DNA from: a bacterium
GTDB taxonomy: Bacteria; RBG-13-61-14; DATKZS01
DNA: 64,000 nt
Assembly (NCBI GenBank): GCA_963674965.2
Contig: CAXXFL010000005.1
Span: 256,001 to 320,000 of the forward strand
Reading direction: 5' to 3'
The notes beneath the pieces are model-generated. The model saw only the letters and a list, made by a program, of their open reading frames with translations, was not told the origin of the DNA and ran no database searches. The position numbers were made by a program, and so were the translations under genes. Below, piece after piece: positions 18,520 through 28,712 of this stretch. Numbering within the stretch: position 1 is the stretch's first letter; each line of letters begins with the position of its first letter.

Positions 18520-20442
18520 TCAGGCGTTTTCTTCCTCGATCTTGATCGCGCCCTGGGGGCAGATATTGACGCAAAGGCCGCACCGGGTGCAGACCACCTC
18601 GTCGATGGTGGCCTTGCCGTTCTCGGCGTCCCAGATCAGGGCGGGACATCCGAAGACCCTCGAGCAAAGCCGCATGCACCCGCAGTGATCGCCCACGCAG
18701 ACCTCGGGGTCGATGTAAACCCGGGGCCTGGGCTTCTCGAGCTCTCGCCCCTGGATGAGCTGGCACTTGTGGCGGAAGATGAGCACCTTGAGCTTGCCTT
18801 CCTGAAGCGCGTCGTACACCGTCGCCACCGCCTCCTCCAGGTCGAAGGGGTCCACGATCTCGGTCTCGATGCCGAAACCCTTGCAAACGGCCGGGATATC
18901 GAGGGGCTCGACCGTCTCGCCCACCGCGTTCCTGCCCGTGCCCGGGTGCGGCTGGAAGCCGGTCATGGAGGTGGCCGTGTTGTCGAGCACGATATAGACG
19001 AAGTTCGACCCGTTGTACCTGGCGTGGGCGAGGCCCGGCAGGCACGAGTGGAAAAAAGTCGAGTCCCCGGCTATGGCGATGACGGGCTGCTTCATGTCCT
19101 TAAGCTGGCCCAGACCGTTGGCGTGTCCAATTCCCGCCCCCATGCAGGAGAGGTTCCGGGAAAGGGCGTACCCGGTCTTGGTCACGCCCATCGAGTAGCA
19201 GCCGATGTCGCCCAGCACGAAACCGTTTCGGTTGTCGAGCTTGAGGGCCGTGCGCATGACCCAGAAGCTGGCGCGGTGGGGGCATCCGGCGCAGAAGGCC
19301 CATTCCCGGGTGGGCAGGCCGAAGCCGGAGAGCTTTTCCTTGGCCTGGGCGAACTTCTCCGTGGGCTTGGGCCTTCCCTTCCCGGTGATCTTGCCCAGGA
19401 TGTCCTCGACCACGTTCACGTCCATCTCGCCCGCGCCGGGTCCCTTCGGTCCGGCCACGTGTCCCGTGCGCTTGCCGTATATCTTGGGAACGTCCAGTTC
19501 CTCGAACACGCCGGAGGCCGCGATCACCTTAACGTTGTCCTCCAGGAAGGGGTCGATCTCCTCGATAATGACCACGTTGTCCGCGTGCCACAGGTGCTTC
19601 ATGATCAGGTCTTTGGGAAGGGGCCAGGTCGTGCCCACCTTGAGCACTCCCACCTCGTCCTTGAGGCCCATCGAGCGGATGGCCTCCCAGGCGTACATCG
19701 AGCCCGTGCCGCTGGTGATGATAATGGTCTTGGCGTCCTCGGGCCCGTCGTAGCGGTTAAAGGGGGAACTCTCGAACTCCTGGCGGATGGCCTCGTTCTT
19801 GTTGATCAGAAGCGGGTGCATGATGGGATGGGCCAGGAAGCGGTCGAATTCTCCCACCTCGGGCGAGCGGGCGCGTTTCGGCAACTCCCCCAGGGTCACG
19901 TTGCCCCTGGCGTGGGATATTCGGGTGACCGAGCGCACGACGGCGATCAGGCGGTGCTTCTCGCTGAGCTCGAAGGCGTACTTGACCATCTCCTTGGCCT
20001 CGCCGATGTTGCCGGGCTCGAGCAGGGGAAGCTTGGCCAGTCGGGCGTGGGCCCTCGAGTCCATCTCGTTGGTCGAGGAGTGCGCCGCCGGGTCGTCGGC
20101 CACCAGGAGCACGACGCCTCCCTTGACGCCGGCCAGGTTCTGCGTGTTCAGGATATCGGAGGCCACGTTGACGCCGTTCTGCTTCATCGAGGTGAGGGAC
20201 CGAAGTCCCGCGAAGCTGACGCCCACGCAGGCCTCGAGGGCTATCTTCTCGTTGACCGCCCACTCGGCGTGGTGGCCGAAAACCCTCGCGGCCCGGGCCA
20301 GGACCTCTTGAATCTCCGAGGCGGGAGAACCAGGATAACTGCTGGTAAAGTCCACGCCCGCCTCGAGGGCCCCGCGGGCTATGGCCTCGTTGCCCATCAT
20401 CAACACCGTCTTGCCGGGCGAGTCGAGAAAAACTGGGTTCAT
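18520..20442 (-). CDS. iorA: Indolepyruvate:ferredoxin oxidoreductase alpha subunit
   Basis: MGNEAIARGALEAG, YPGSP, NEKIALE, FCAGCPHR, GDIGCY, GDSTFFH, C-terminal ferredoxin. Confidence 0.93.
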   Translation of the reverse strand: MNPVFLDSPGKTVLMMGNEAIARGALEAGVDFTSSYPGSPASEIQEVLARAARVFGHHAEWAVNEKIALEACVGVSFAGLRSLTSMKQNGVNVASDILNTQNLAGVKGGVVLLVADDPAAHSSTNEMDSRAHARLAKLPLLEPGNIGEAKEMVKYAFELSEKHRLIAVVRSVTRISHARGNVTLGELPKRARSPEVGEFDRFLAHPIMHPLLINKNEAIRQEFESSPFNRYDGPEDAKTIIITSGTGSMYAWEAIRSMGLKDEVGVLKVGTTWPLPKDLIMKHLWHADNVVIIEEIDPFLEDNVKVIAASGVFEELDVPKIYGKRTGHVAGPKGPGAGEMDVNVVEDILGKITGKGRPKPTEKFAQAKEKLSGFGLPTREWAFCAGCPHRASFWVMRTALKLDNRNGFVLGDIGCYSMGVTKTGYALSRNLSCMGAGIGHANGLGQLKDMKQPVIAIAGDSTFFHSCLPGLAHARYNGSNFVYIVLDNTATSMTGFQPHPGTGRNAVGETVEPLDIPAVCKGFGIETEIVDPFDLEEAVATVYDALQEGKLKVLIFRHKCQLIQGRELEKPRPRVYIDPEVCVGDHCGCMRLCSRVFGCPALIWDAENGKATIDEVVCTRCGLCVNICPQGAIKIEEENA

Positions 20443-20616
20443 GGTTTGCTCCGTTCTATTTGTTTTTCGGCGTTATGCCGTCGATCGAGCAGCCTGTTGA
20501 CAATTACCGGCTGAAGCTGGGTCGAGGAGGAAAGGGACTCGATCTTTTTTTCGCCGCGCGGTTATTCTTTCCCGCCGGGAAAGGGCGCGCAAGACGCCGA
20601 TGCGGGCGATTTACCT

Positions 20617-20645
20617 ATAGTACAAAAAAACCCCATGACGGTCAA
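20617..20645 (-). promoter_or_regulatory. Putative sigma70 promoter of iorAB
   Basis: Minus strand TTGACC-N17-TACTAT. Confidence 0.6.
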
Positions 20646-20774
20646 AGCACAAAAATCTCCAAATTGTCCCGCTCGGTTTGAAGACTTGAATGGAAGCGCT
20701 CGGGCGGTTAAAACGGGACGGGCCAGGATAAATAACTCCCGGCTCCGTCCCGGGTCGACCGCGAAAGCCTCGCG

Positions 20775-21461
20775 CTAAATGGGGAACATATAGCCGAGCT
20801 TGATCTGGAGTAGCATGACGTTTATCCGCTCGTCGAATTGATAGTTCCAGCTATCGCTTCCGCCTTCCGCGTAGGTTACGTCGATGGTGGCGTCCCCGTA
20901 ATCGGCCATGTGGTAGCTGAGCTCTCCGCCCACGTAGAAGTTGTCGATAAAGTAGTTGGCCCCGATCGCGGCCCTATAGCCGACCACCGGGTCCACGTCC
21001 GCCTCCCACTCGTCGCCATAGGCGCTTCCTTCCATGTAGAACCAGTAATAGCCGCCGCCAAGCTCGGCGTAAAGGTCCAGGGCGTCCATGGCCCCGTAGG
21101 TCCCGCGGATATTAAGCGCCAGATAGTCCTGGCGCCACTGGTCCACCTCGAAGGGTACCCCACCGATGGTCGTGTCGCTGCCGTCTCCGGTCCCGCTGCC
21201 GTACTGGAGGCTGACTCCCACGTTCTCCAGGAAGTTGTAGCCGAGGTGCACGTACTCGAAGTTGAATCCCTGCTCGAGGTCGGTGGCCGGGAGTTGTTCT
21301 CCAAGTTGGCGGTAATAGGTCAGGTCCTGGTTGGCCCAGGCCATTCCGCCCCCGGCGCCGAGGAATATCCCGGTTTTCGCCTCGGCGCCCAGGATCGGAG
21401 CCGTCATCGCGATCATAAGGATCGCCAAAAATGCCAAGCCTTTTCTCGATAGTTTTTGCAT
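20775..21461 (-). CDS. Outer-membrane beta-barrel protein (OmpA/porin-like)
   Basis: Signal peptide; alternating aromatic beta strands; C-terminal IKLGYMF. Confidence 0.8.
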   Translation of the reverse strand: MQKLSRKGLAFLAILMIAMTAPILGAEAKTGIFLGAGGGMAWANQDLTYYRQLGEQLPATDLEQGFNFEYVHLGYNFLENVGVSLQYGSGTGDGSDTTIGGVPFEVDQWRQDYLALNIRGTYGAMDALDLYAELGGGYYWFYMEGSAYGDEWEADVDPVVGYRAAIGANYFIDNFYVGGELSYHMADYGDATIDVTYAEGGSDSWNYQFDERINVMLLQIKLGYMFPI

Positions 21462-21703
21462 CGCTCCCTCCTATGCCTTCTTGCACTCGTTGTTAGATCC
21501 GGACAATTTACCGCTGAAATCTTGCCCTTTTTCCGCCGGCCCTTTTTTCTCCCCTCGATCGCCGGCCGGTCAAGGGGACATTTTCCCTGGCCTACCGTCC
21601 GGTAAACGCGCCAACGGCCGTAGCCCCTGATTATTAAAATCCCGGGATTACGGCCGCCTCCAATTTTATTGCCCCTTTATTGGGCGTTCTTTTTAAAGAA
21701 CGT

Positions 21704-22804
21704 TTAGCCTTGCTTTTCCACCGCCGCTTTTTCGGCTTGGCTAATCACGAGATAATCCCTCGCCTCGCGCTCTTCCGAGGCCAGGGCCTGGAGCGCCCGC
21801 TTCTTCTTGCCGAGCGAGGCCTTCCTTAAAAGCTCGATCCTTTCCTCGGGCAGGGGCTCGACCTCGAGCTTTCCCGCCGCCTTGGCCGCCTCGATGGCCG
21901 CCGCTCCCTTTTCGGTCCTCGATATAAGAGTGTTCCAGTCCTCCTTCCACTCCGTGCCGCCCACCGAGATATCGGCGAACTCCGAGGTGAAATCGAAGCA
22001 GATATCGCAGGTTTCCCTTCTGAGCGCCTTGATGGGCTCGTACTCGAGGTCCCTTGCGCCCTCGTCGGTCACGACCACGAACCGGTTGTAAGGCACGTCC
22101 ACCTTCCTGGCGGCCTTCATGTCGATCTTGTCGGCAAGGTAGGCCGTCAGGTCCTTGTAATCAAGGCTCCACATGCAGAAAAGGCCCAGGACGAGGGATA
22201 TCTTCTCGCCGACCTCCGGCTCGATGGCGATCCTCTTGCGCAGGGAGATGACCTGACATGGCCTTCCCACCACCGCCAGCCTCGAGCATTCCCGAAGCGA
22301 CTTGTCCAGGATTTTCAAGGTGGGGCAGCCCGTGTACTTCGATCCCGAGGCCGCCAGGACCTGGGCGGGGGTCCTGGCCAGGACCGGCTCGGGCAACAGG
22401 CCGTACCGGCCCGACTCACCCGCCAGGATCGCGCCGTCGATGGTTCCCGATTCCATGCCCGCCATAATCAGCGAGGTTATGGTCCCGCCGTATTGTCCCT
22501 TTTCCCGGACTTTCTCGTCCGTTCCCCTCGACATGAAAACGCCCTTGTTCGTGCCCAGGGCGTAGTCATCGCGAGCCTTGCCGAAAACGGACTGGTTCAG
22601 CGACTCGGCGTCCACCACCGATCGCGGACAGACCTCGTAGCAGCGGCCCTCCGCCAGGCCGCAGGGCTCCATCAGGACCACCCTCTCGTGCATCTGAATA
22701 AAATATGGACAAAGCCCCATGCAGCCGCCGCAGGAGCAACAAAGTCCGGGCTTGACCACCCTGGCCTCAAGGTCCTGAGGACCCTTTTTAAGCGTTAATT
22801 GCAA
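21704..22804 (-). CDS. Coenzyme F420 hydrogenase/dehydrogenase beta subunit family (FrhB/FdhB-like) with N-terminal ferredoxin
   Basis: CCSCGGCMGLCP, GQYGGTIT, GSKY, VGRPCQ, LGLFC, CDIC.DF..EFADISVG. Confidence 0.88.
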   Translation of the reverse strand: MQLTLKKGPQDLEARVVKPGLCCSCGGCMGLCPYFIQMHERVVLMEPCGLAEGRCYEVCPRSVVDAESLNQSVFGKARDDYALGTNKGVFMSRGTDEKVREKGQYGGTITSLIMAGMESGTIDGAILAGESGRYGLLPEPVLARTPAQVLAASGSKYTGCPTLKILDKSLRECSRLAVVGRPCQVISLRKRIAIEPEVGEKISLVLGLFCMWSLDYKDLTAYLADKIDMKAARKVDVPYNRFVVVTDEGARDLEYEPIKALRRETCDICFDFTSEFADISVGGTEWKEDWNTLISRTEKGAAAIEAAKAAGKLEVEPLPEERIELLRKASLGKKKRALQALASEEREARDYLVISQAEKAAVEKQG

Positions 22805-22831
22805 CGTAGTACTCCCCCAAGATTTTTGATA

Positions 22832-22860
22832 ATTCTATCCGCTCGCCATAGGGCAGTCAA
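22832..22860 (-). promoter_or_regulatory. Putative sigma70 promoter of the FrhB-like gene
   Basis: Minus strand TTGACT-N17-TAGAAT. Confidence 0.65.
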
Positions 22861-23086
22861 ACGATCGAACGCGAAACCCCTACGCCGGAGAACCCTCGCC
22901 AACGGATTTTTACGCCTCGATGTCCCGCCGCCGGCCGGGAAAGGCGCGATTTGGCCTTAATTGAAACGGATGGGAAAAGAGTTATTATAGTAATTAATCG
23001 AGGAGATCATAGCCCTTATTGAAATCACTTTGCTTCACGCGTTTTTCTCAATAGGCCTTTAATTTCCGATATTTTGGGAGTAATCC

Positions 23087-25468
23087 ATGCCGCGGCGATT
23101 GAAAATACTTCTCAGTAACTTCCACGGGGCCTTGAACACCGGTTCCGGGGTCCAGTTGTACGCCCTGGCCAAAGGCCTGGCCGAAAGGGGACATGACGTC
23201 AGCGTAATCTTCAATTACTCCAACGCCTCGGACCTTCTCCTCGAGTCCACCCTGGACAAGTTCGAGGCGGCGGGCGTCCGCCTGATCAGGTTCCCCTTCG
23301 CCAAGCTCAAGTATTCCTTTACCCTTCCCTCCATTTTCGAGCTGGGCCACTTCCTCTACCGCGAGCAATTCGACCTGGTCCACACCTTCGCGGGCATGGA
23401 CCTCAACTTCTTCTTCATTACATATCCCTTTATTCCCCGGACCGTTATAATCGCCAACCGCGGCGTGTGCTCGGACCTGGACGTCTTCAACGGCGTCAAG
23501 TACCGTATGCCCATGGTCTCCCGCGTGGTGGCGGTCGCGGAGGGGGTGGCGGACTCGATGGTAAGAAGCGGCGGCCTTTCCCGCGAAAAGATCGAGGTGG
23601 TTTACGGCGGCATCGACCTTGAGAGGTTCGATCCCGAGGTGGACGGGGCCAAGGTGCGCGAGGAATTGGGCCTTGGCATAGGCGACGCGGTCATAGGCCT
23701 GATCGGCAAGTTCAATTTTTCTCCGGGTCACATGAAGGGCGGCCTCGAGTTCCTGGAGGCGGCGAAGCTGATCGAGGACCGCCGGGAGATAAGGTATTTA
23801 CTGGTGGGCGACGTGGACCGGGCCGATTTCCTCAAGTCGGCCGCTCCCCTGGGCCTGGAGGACCGGTTCGTTCTGACCGGTTTCCGGGAGGACGTGGAAA
23901 GGATAATCGCGGCCTGCGATTTCATCGTCTGTCCCTCCATCAAGAACGAGGGGCTGACGGGAGTGGTGCGCGAGGCCCTGGCCATGAAGCGGGCGGTCGT
24001 CTGCACCGACGTGGGCGGAAACCGGGAGCTTGTCTCGCAGAACGAGACCGGTCTCATGGTCCCTCCCGGCGACCCGGCCGCCCTGGCCGAGGCCATGCGC
24101 CGCCTGCTGGACGACCCGTCCGGGCGCGAGAGGATGGGGGCCGCCGGCCGCGGCAAAGTCGAGGCCATGTGCGGGGACATGGTCCGTCTCGAGAGGATCG
24201 AGCGCATCTACGAGGAAACCGTCGAGGCGCCGCCGAGGATGAAGGCCCCCGCCTCCTTTAACCGCGCCTTAAACGCCATAGTCTCGCGGATAATGTTCGG
24301 AAAGAATGAAATCAAGTACCGCTTCGTGGACCTCGGCGGCGTGGGCAAGGCCTCCGGCATACTAAGGAGAAAGGCCTCGAGGAAAAAGGGACCCAGATTA
24401 TTGGATGACGGCGGCGTATCTCCCGGGGCATGCCTCGACCCGGCCCGCCTGGATGAAGGGCAAGAAGTCTCGCGTGACGAAAGAAGGAGAACGAACAAAG
24501 ATAAGATTAAAAAGTGGGCCGCGAGAGCGGCGCTGATGGCCGCGATAATCGTGCCCATGCTTATCTGGCCCTATTTTTTTTGGGAACTGTTCCTGGCACC
24601 TTCGCAAAGGCATAACGCCTCCGGCCGTCTCGATAATCTCGTGGAAATACGCGACCCCAAGGCGCCCCGTATCGCCTTGCTCGGAGACTGCCGCGGCCAC
24701 CTGGAGGCCCTGGAGGGGATTTTGGAGGACGCCCGGGCAAGGGAAGCCGACGCCGCGATTATCCTGGGCGATATCGTGATGAAAGGAACGGCGGGCAGAT
24801 ACCGCTTCGTCAAGCGCGAGATCGATGAGGCGGCCGGGCCCATGCCGGTTTTCGCGGTCATTGGCAACCACGACCTTGACGGCGGAGACGGAGGGGACGG
24901 ATCGAGGCTTTTCGAGAAGTTTTTCGGTCCCACCCGATTTTGGCTTCGCCATGGGAACCATTTTTTCGTGGCCATAAACAACGTCCAGGAAAAGGTCTGG
25001 CAAGACGAACTCGAGTGGCTCCGCTCGGCCCTTATGGACAACGCGCGGGAGGAAGACGAAATATATCTTTTGCTTCATATGCCTCCCAGCCTCGAGGGCT
25101 GGGAGGGTTTCCACGGCATGTCGGCCAAGGATTCCGAGGAACTTTGGAGCGTGATATCCCGGTATCCCAACTTGAAGATTTTCGCCGCCCATATCCACGA
25201 GTACAGGGAGTATTCTTTTCACGGGATACCGGTGGTGGTCACGGGCGAAGCCGGAGCTCCCCAACATAAAAAGGTCGCCGAACACGGATACGTGCTACTC
25301 GACTTAGCCGCGGACGATCTCATAGCTCATAAGGTCAGTCTCGGGCGCGTGTCCAAGGGCGATCAGTTTATCGAGACCTTCGCCTTGCGGGACTTCTTTT
25401 GGGGATGGCCCTTTATTACGGCCGCGGCGATCATTATCAGCGTCCGCGGGAAAAGGCGAGGCCGCTGA
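23087..25468 (+). CDS. GT4 glycosyltransferase fused to a membrane-anchored calcineurin-like metallophosphoesterase
   Basis: GT4 motif EGLTGVVREALAMKRAVVCTDVGG; TM; then GD, GDIV, GNHD, HMPP, AHIH motifs; C-terminal TM. Confidence 0.8.
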   Translation: MPRRLKILLSNFHGALNTGSGVQLYALAKGLAERGHDVSVIFNYSNASDLLLESTLDKFEAAGVRLIRFPFAKLKYSFTLPSIFELGHFLYREQFDLVHTFAGMDLNFFFITYPFIPRTVIIANRGVCSDLDVFNGVKYRMPMVSRVVAVAEGVADSMVRSGGLSREKIEVVYGGIDLERFDPEVDGAKVREELGLGIGDAVIGLIGKFNFSPGHMKGGLEFLEAAKLIEDRREIRYLLVGDVDRADFLKSAAPLGLEDRFVLTGFREDVERIIAACDFIVCPSIKNEGLTGVVREALAMKRAVVCTDVGGNRELVSQNETGLMVPPGDPAALAEAMRRLLDDPSGRERMGAAGRGKVEAMCGDMVRLERIERIYEETVEAPPRMKAPASFNRALNAIVSRIMFGKNEIKYRFVDLGGVGKASGILRRKASRKKGPRLLDDGGVSPGACLDPARLDEGQEVSRDERRRTNKDKIKKWAARAALMAAIIVPMLIWPYFFWELFLAPSQRHNASGRLDNLVEIRDPKAPRIALLGDCRGHLEALEGILEDARAREADAAIILGDIVMKGTAGRYRFVKREIDEAAGPMPVFAVIGNHDLDGGDGGDGSRLFEKFFGPTRFWLRHGNHFFVAINNVQEKVWQDELEWLRSALMDNAREEDEIYLLLHMPPSLEGWEGFHGMSAKDSEELWSVISRYPNLKIFAAHIHEYREYSFHGIPVVVTGEAGAPQHKKVAEHGYVLLDLAADDLIAHKVSLGRVSKGDQFIETFALRDFFWGWPFITAAAIIISVRGKRRGR

Positions 25469-25496
25469 CGCGACTTTGCGAGCGACGCGGCTATCT

Positions 25497-26297
25497 TCAC
25501 GCCCTGATGGCTGCTCGCATGAGGTTCTCGATCGAGAAATCGCCGCCGGTCGCTTGGGAGAGGACGCTCTCTTCCCCGTAAAGCTCGGTCACTATTTGTG
25601 ATGGCTCCATGCCCGCGGCGTGCTTTTCCTTAACGCGGGCGATAAGTTCCTCGAGGTGATCGGCGCATCTTGCAAGCGCCCCTTTTCCGTCGTCGACGGT
25701 TCGGCCCAGCGAGGTGAAAAGGGTGAGGCTTTCCACCTCGAGTCCGGCCAGGAGTCTCATGGAGGCGATGGTGGGGACCAGCTCGTCCTGCGGTCTTACT
25801 CCTCGGGGTTCCTCCTTGATGAAGAGGTCGCCCGTAAAGGCCCATCCCCTTTCACGCTCGAACAGAGTGACGTGGTCGTCCGAGTGGCCGGGAGTATGGA
25901 TGACCTCGAACCTGAACCTTTCCGTCTCGACCTCGTCCCCCAGGGCGAGAGGCTCGTCCAGGTCGGGGTATCCCCAGATCAGCTCCTGATATGGATGGAG
26001 GGGAAGACGGCTTCCGATAAGAGGTATAGCCAGGGAATGGGAATAGGACTCGATATTACGCTCATCCTTCAGACGCTTGTTGGCCGCCACGTGGTCTTCA
26101 TGGAAATGGGTATTGACTATCTTGTCCACCTCCGTGCCCGAGAGAAAATCCATAAACTCATCCACCACGTGAGCGGGACCCGTGTCGATCAAAAGGCCGT
26201 CCACCAGGTATGAGGCCACCCAATAGAGGACCGAGCCGCTTATCTCGCGGCCCATCATTATTTTCGCGACCTCGCCCGATTCCTCGATCTTAAGCAT
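25497..26297 (-). CDS. Metallo-beta-lactamase fold hydrolase
   Basis: THFHEDH, HTPGH, TGD; ATG at 26297 overlaps the upstream stop. Confidence 0.88.
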   Translation of the reverse strand: MLKIEESGEVAKIMMGREISGSVLYWVASYLVDGLLIDTGPAHVVDEFMDFLSGTEVDKIVNTHFHEDHVAANKRLKDERNIESYSHSLAIPLIGSRLPLHPYQELIWGYPDLDEPLALGDEVETERFRFEVIHTPGHSDDHVTLFERERGWAFTGDLFIKEEPRGVRPQDELVPTIASMRLLAGLEVESLTLFTSLGRTVDDGKGALARCADHLEELIARVKEKHAAGMEPSQIVTELYGEESVLSQATGGDFSIENLMRAAIRA

Positions 26298-27195
26298 CGG
26301 CTCGCCTCTCGAGAACGTAATAAGCCCCATCGTCCCTTTGGCCCGCCCGGATCATCTCCGTCACGACGAAGCCCATTTTAAAGGCCCGTTTCATCAGGCC
26401 GCCGAACCGGGCCAGTTCCTCCCGGGCGCCGGCGGGGTCGGTCGCGGCCCTTTTATCCAGCCCCGAGGGAATGGCCGCGAGCAGTACGGCAGCCTTTTCC
26501 ATCGCCGACCCGTCTTCCAACTCGAGGCCCTGGCCGGCCAAGCGAGCGAGCGGGGATTGGCCGTATCGGCGGAGGATGTCCTCCTCCGTCGGGATTTCCC
26601 CCCCCAGCCGCTCGGCGACTCGGGCCGAACCCAGCCGCCACTTGATGAGGAACCTGTCCGTGGGCAGGCCGGGGTCGAAATTTCCGCCCATGCCGCCGTA
26701 GAGGTCTTCCAAATAATTCGAGCACTCGGCCCCGAGTTTCCTGAAATTGAAGTTGGCGTTGGCTTGTTGGAGGGGATCGAAGGTCCAGGTGACGAGGCCG
26801 ACCCCTTCCCTTTGAGCCAGGGCGGCGTGGACCCGCTTGGCCTCGAGCCCGATTCCCAGCGACCGGTATTCCCTCTTGTAGCCCATGAAGTTCGAGTGGT
26901 GATGATAGCCCCATTCCCGGGTAAAGGCGGGCATGACGTACACCAGCCCCGCGGGGTCGTCATCCAGGTCCACGCCCAGGAAAAGGCCTCCCGTTTTGAC
27001 CGTGACCACCGCCTCGTGCAGGGGTATTTTATCGGGATCGGAAAAGCCCCAGATTTCATTTAAAAGATCGAGATACGGACCCAGTTCCCTGGCCCTTATA
27101 AGTCGCTTGAATACCAGGCGCCCGTCTCGAAGCCGTTTTTCGAATACCGAGTCCTTTTCGGTCTCCACAAATCCATATAGCTCTTCCATCTTCAA
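26290..27195 (-). CDS. GNAT acyltransferase of the D-amino-acid N-succinyltransferase-like family
   Basis: YRSLGIG..K..WTFDPLQ..NA.FN..KLGA..Y..DLYG..GLPTDRFLIKW. Confidence 0.8.
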   Translation of the reverse strand: MKMEELYGFVETEKDSVFEKRLRDGRLVFKRLIRARELGPYLDLLNEIWGFSDPDKIPLHEAVVTVKTGGLFLGVDLDDDPAGLVYVMPAFTREWGYHHHSNFMGYKREYRSLGIGLEAKRVHAALAQREGVGLVTWTFDPLQQANANFNFRKLGAECSNYLEDLYGGMGGNFDPGLPTDRFLIKWRLGSARVAERLGGEIPTEEDILRRYGQSPLARLAGQGLELEDGSAMEKAAVLLAAIPSGLDKRAATDPAGAREELARFGGLMKRAFKMGFVVTEMIRAGQRDDGAYYVLERRADA

Positions 27196-27203
27196 TCCCG
27201 CGT

Positions 27204-28679
27204 TTACCAGGCCGCCCCGTTAGCCTTGAGAAATTCATGTCTGTCGGCCATCGCGGCGAAGGCCCTGACCGCGTCCTCCAGGGTCGGGTAAAGAGGAGAT
27301 CCGCTCTCGATGATCCGGAGCAGTCCCTCATATCGGCGCCGGACCGCCAGCCGGGCCACGGACGAGGTCATCAGGAAGGGCTTATCCCACTTGGTGGTGA
27401 AATCGCGGAGGGCCTCGCAGTACTTTATCTCGTCATTCTGGCGGCTTTTAAGCTTGTCCTCGAGCGCCTCGTGGAAGTCATGCCTGGAGTTGACCGCGTC
27501 GAACATCGAGTAAAACCAACCCACGCCCAGCAGTATCACCCCGTCCACCTCCCCGCTTTCCATTAATATGGGTACCAACTCCCTCGGGCCGCCGTAGCCG
27601 AGTCCGGCCACCATGTCCACCGGGTTGTTGGGCGCCCACCAGGACGGAAGCTGGGCTTTCAGCTTTTCGATCGTCTCGTCCGAGAACTTGACCAGGTCAA
27701 GGCCCATCCTGGCGGCCGCGTCCGCCGCCATGACGCCCAGTCCCCCGCCGCCGGTGACCACGCCCAGCCGCCTTCCCTTGGGTAAAGGAGTATTGACCAT
27801 GGACGCCGCGGCGATAACCGCCTCCTCCATGCTCTGGGCCCGTTGTATTCCCGCCTGCTTGCAGGCCGAGTCAAAGACCAGGTCCGAGCCCGCCAAAACG
27901 CCGGTATGGGACGCCGCCGCCCGTGAGCCGGCCTCGGTGCGTCCGCTTTTCACCACGATCACCGGCTTTACAAGGGCCGTCCTTTTCGCGGCCTCGAAGA
28001 AGTCACGGCCCGAGCCCACGCCCTCCACGTACATGAGCACGACCCGGGTGTCGCTATCCTGGCGAAAATAATCCAGGTAGTCGGACCAGGTAAGGTCGGC
28101 GCAATTGCCCGCGGATATGGCCTTGGAACAGCCGAAACCCAGCTCGGCCAACTGCTCGGCCAATACCGTGGCAACGTTGCCGCTCTGACTGACAACCGCC
28201 ACCGAGCCGGGATCGGGCTTGAACATGGGCATCCAGGGATGAAGCCCGGACTTGGGAACGGATATGCCCTGGCCGTTGGGACCGACCAGAACCATGCCCG
28301 CCCGGCGGGCCTCCTCCAGCATCCGGTCCTGGAGACCTTTGCCTTCCTCTCCCAGCTCCGCGAAACCGGCGCTGATCACCACGCCGGCCTCGACTCCTTT
28401 TTGGCCGCACTCGCCGATGGTCCGGGGCAAAAGTTCGGCCGGTATGGTGAAGATGGCAAGGTCCACGTCGCCCGGTATGTCGGTCACCGACTTATAAGCC
28501 TTGAGACCGTGGACGGTTTCATCCTTGGGGTTTACCGGGTAAATCTCGCCCTGGTAGCCGCCCGATCTAAGGTTATGAAGTATAATGCCTCCCCATTTCC
28601 CGATGTTATTGGTCGCGCCCACGAAGGCGATGGATTTGGGGGTGAATATTTTTTCCATTTTATTGACGCGCCGGTCCAC
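27204..28679 (-). CDS. ADP-forming acyl-CoA synthetase alpha subunit (CoA-binding; no ATP-grasp domain)
   Basis: FTPKSIAFVGA, ISAGFAE, VGPN, SQSG, AASHTG (phospho-His), NNPVD; GTG start after GAGGAG. Confidence 0.88.
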   Translation of the reverse strand: MDRRVNKMEKIFTPKSIAFVGATNNIGKWGGIILHNLRSGGYQGEIYPVNPKDETVHGLKAYKSVTDIPGDVDLAIFTIPAELLPRTIGECGQKGVEAGVVISAGFAELGEEGKGLQDRMLEEARRAGMVLVGPNGQGISVPKSGLHPWMPMFKPDPGSVAVVSQSGNVATVLAEQLAELGFGCSKAISAGNCADLTWSDYLDYFRQDSDTRVVLMYVEGVGSGRDFFEAAKRTALVKPVIVVKSGRTEAGSRAAASHTGVLAGSDLVFDSACKQAGIQRAQSMEEAVIAAASMVNTPLPKGRRLGVVTGGGGLGVMAADAAARMGLDLVKFSDETIEKLKAQLPSWWAPNNPVDMVAGLGYGGPRELVPILMESGEVDGVILLGVGWFYSMFDAVNSRHDFHEALEDKLKSRQNDEIKYCEALRDFTTKWDKPFLMTSSVARLAVRRRYEGLLRIIESGSPLYPTLEDAVRAFAAMADRHEFLKANGAAW

Positions 28680-28712
28680 TTTTACTCCTCGTTAAAAAAA
28701 ATTACGGGTAAG

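Noticed and set aside
18485-19045. N-terminal extension of iorB in the ORF track (395 aa)
   Set aside because: The extension is an alternative frame inside iorA with Arg/Pro-rich nonsense sequence. The real start is the ATG at 18484 with an RBS.
18685-20514. 609-aa plus-strand ORF, and similar long antisense ORFs (101-1108, 6031-7107, 32786-33898, 42095-43816, 52291-53604)
   Set aside because: They mirror well-supported genes on the opposite strand. Long antisense frames are expected with high GC3 codon bias, and they show no protein motifs.
21614-21657. Imperfect inverted repeat between the FrhB-like and beta-barrel genes as a possible riboswitch
   Set aside because: No recognisable aptamer consensus. 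It is most simply a terminator-like hairpin and is too weak to call.
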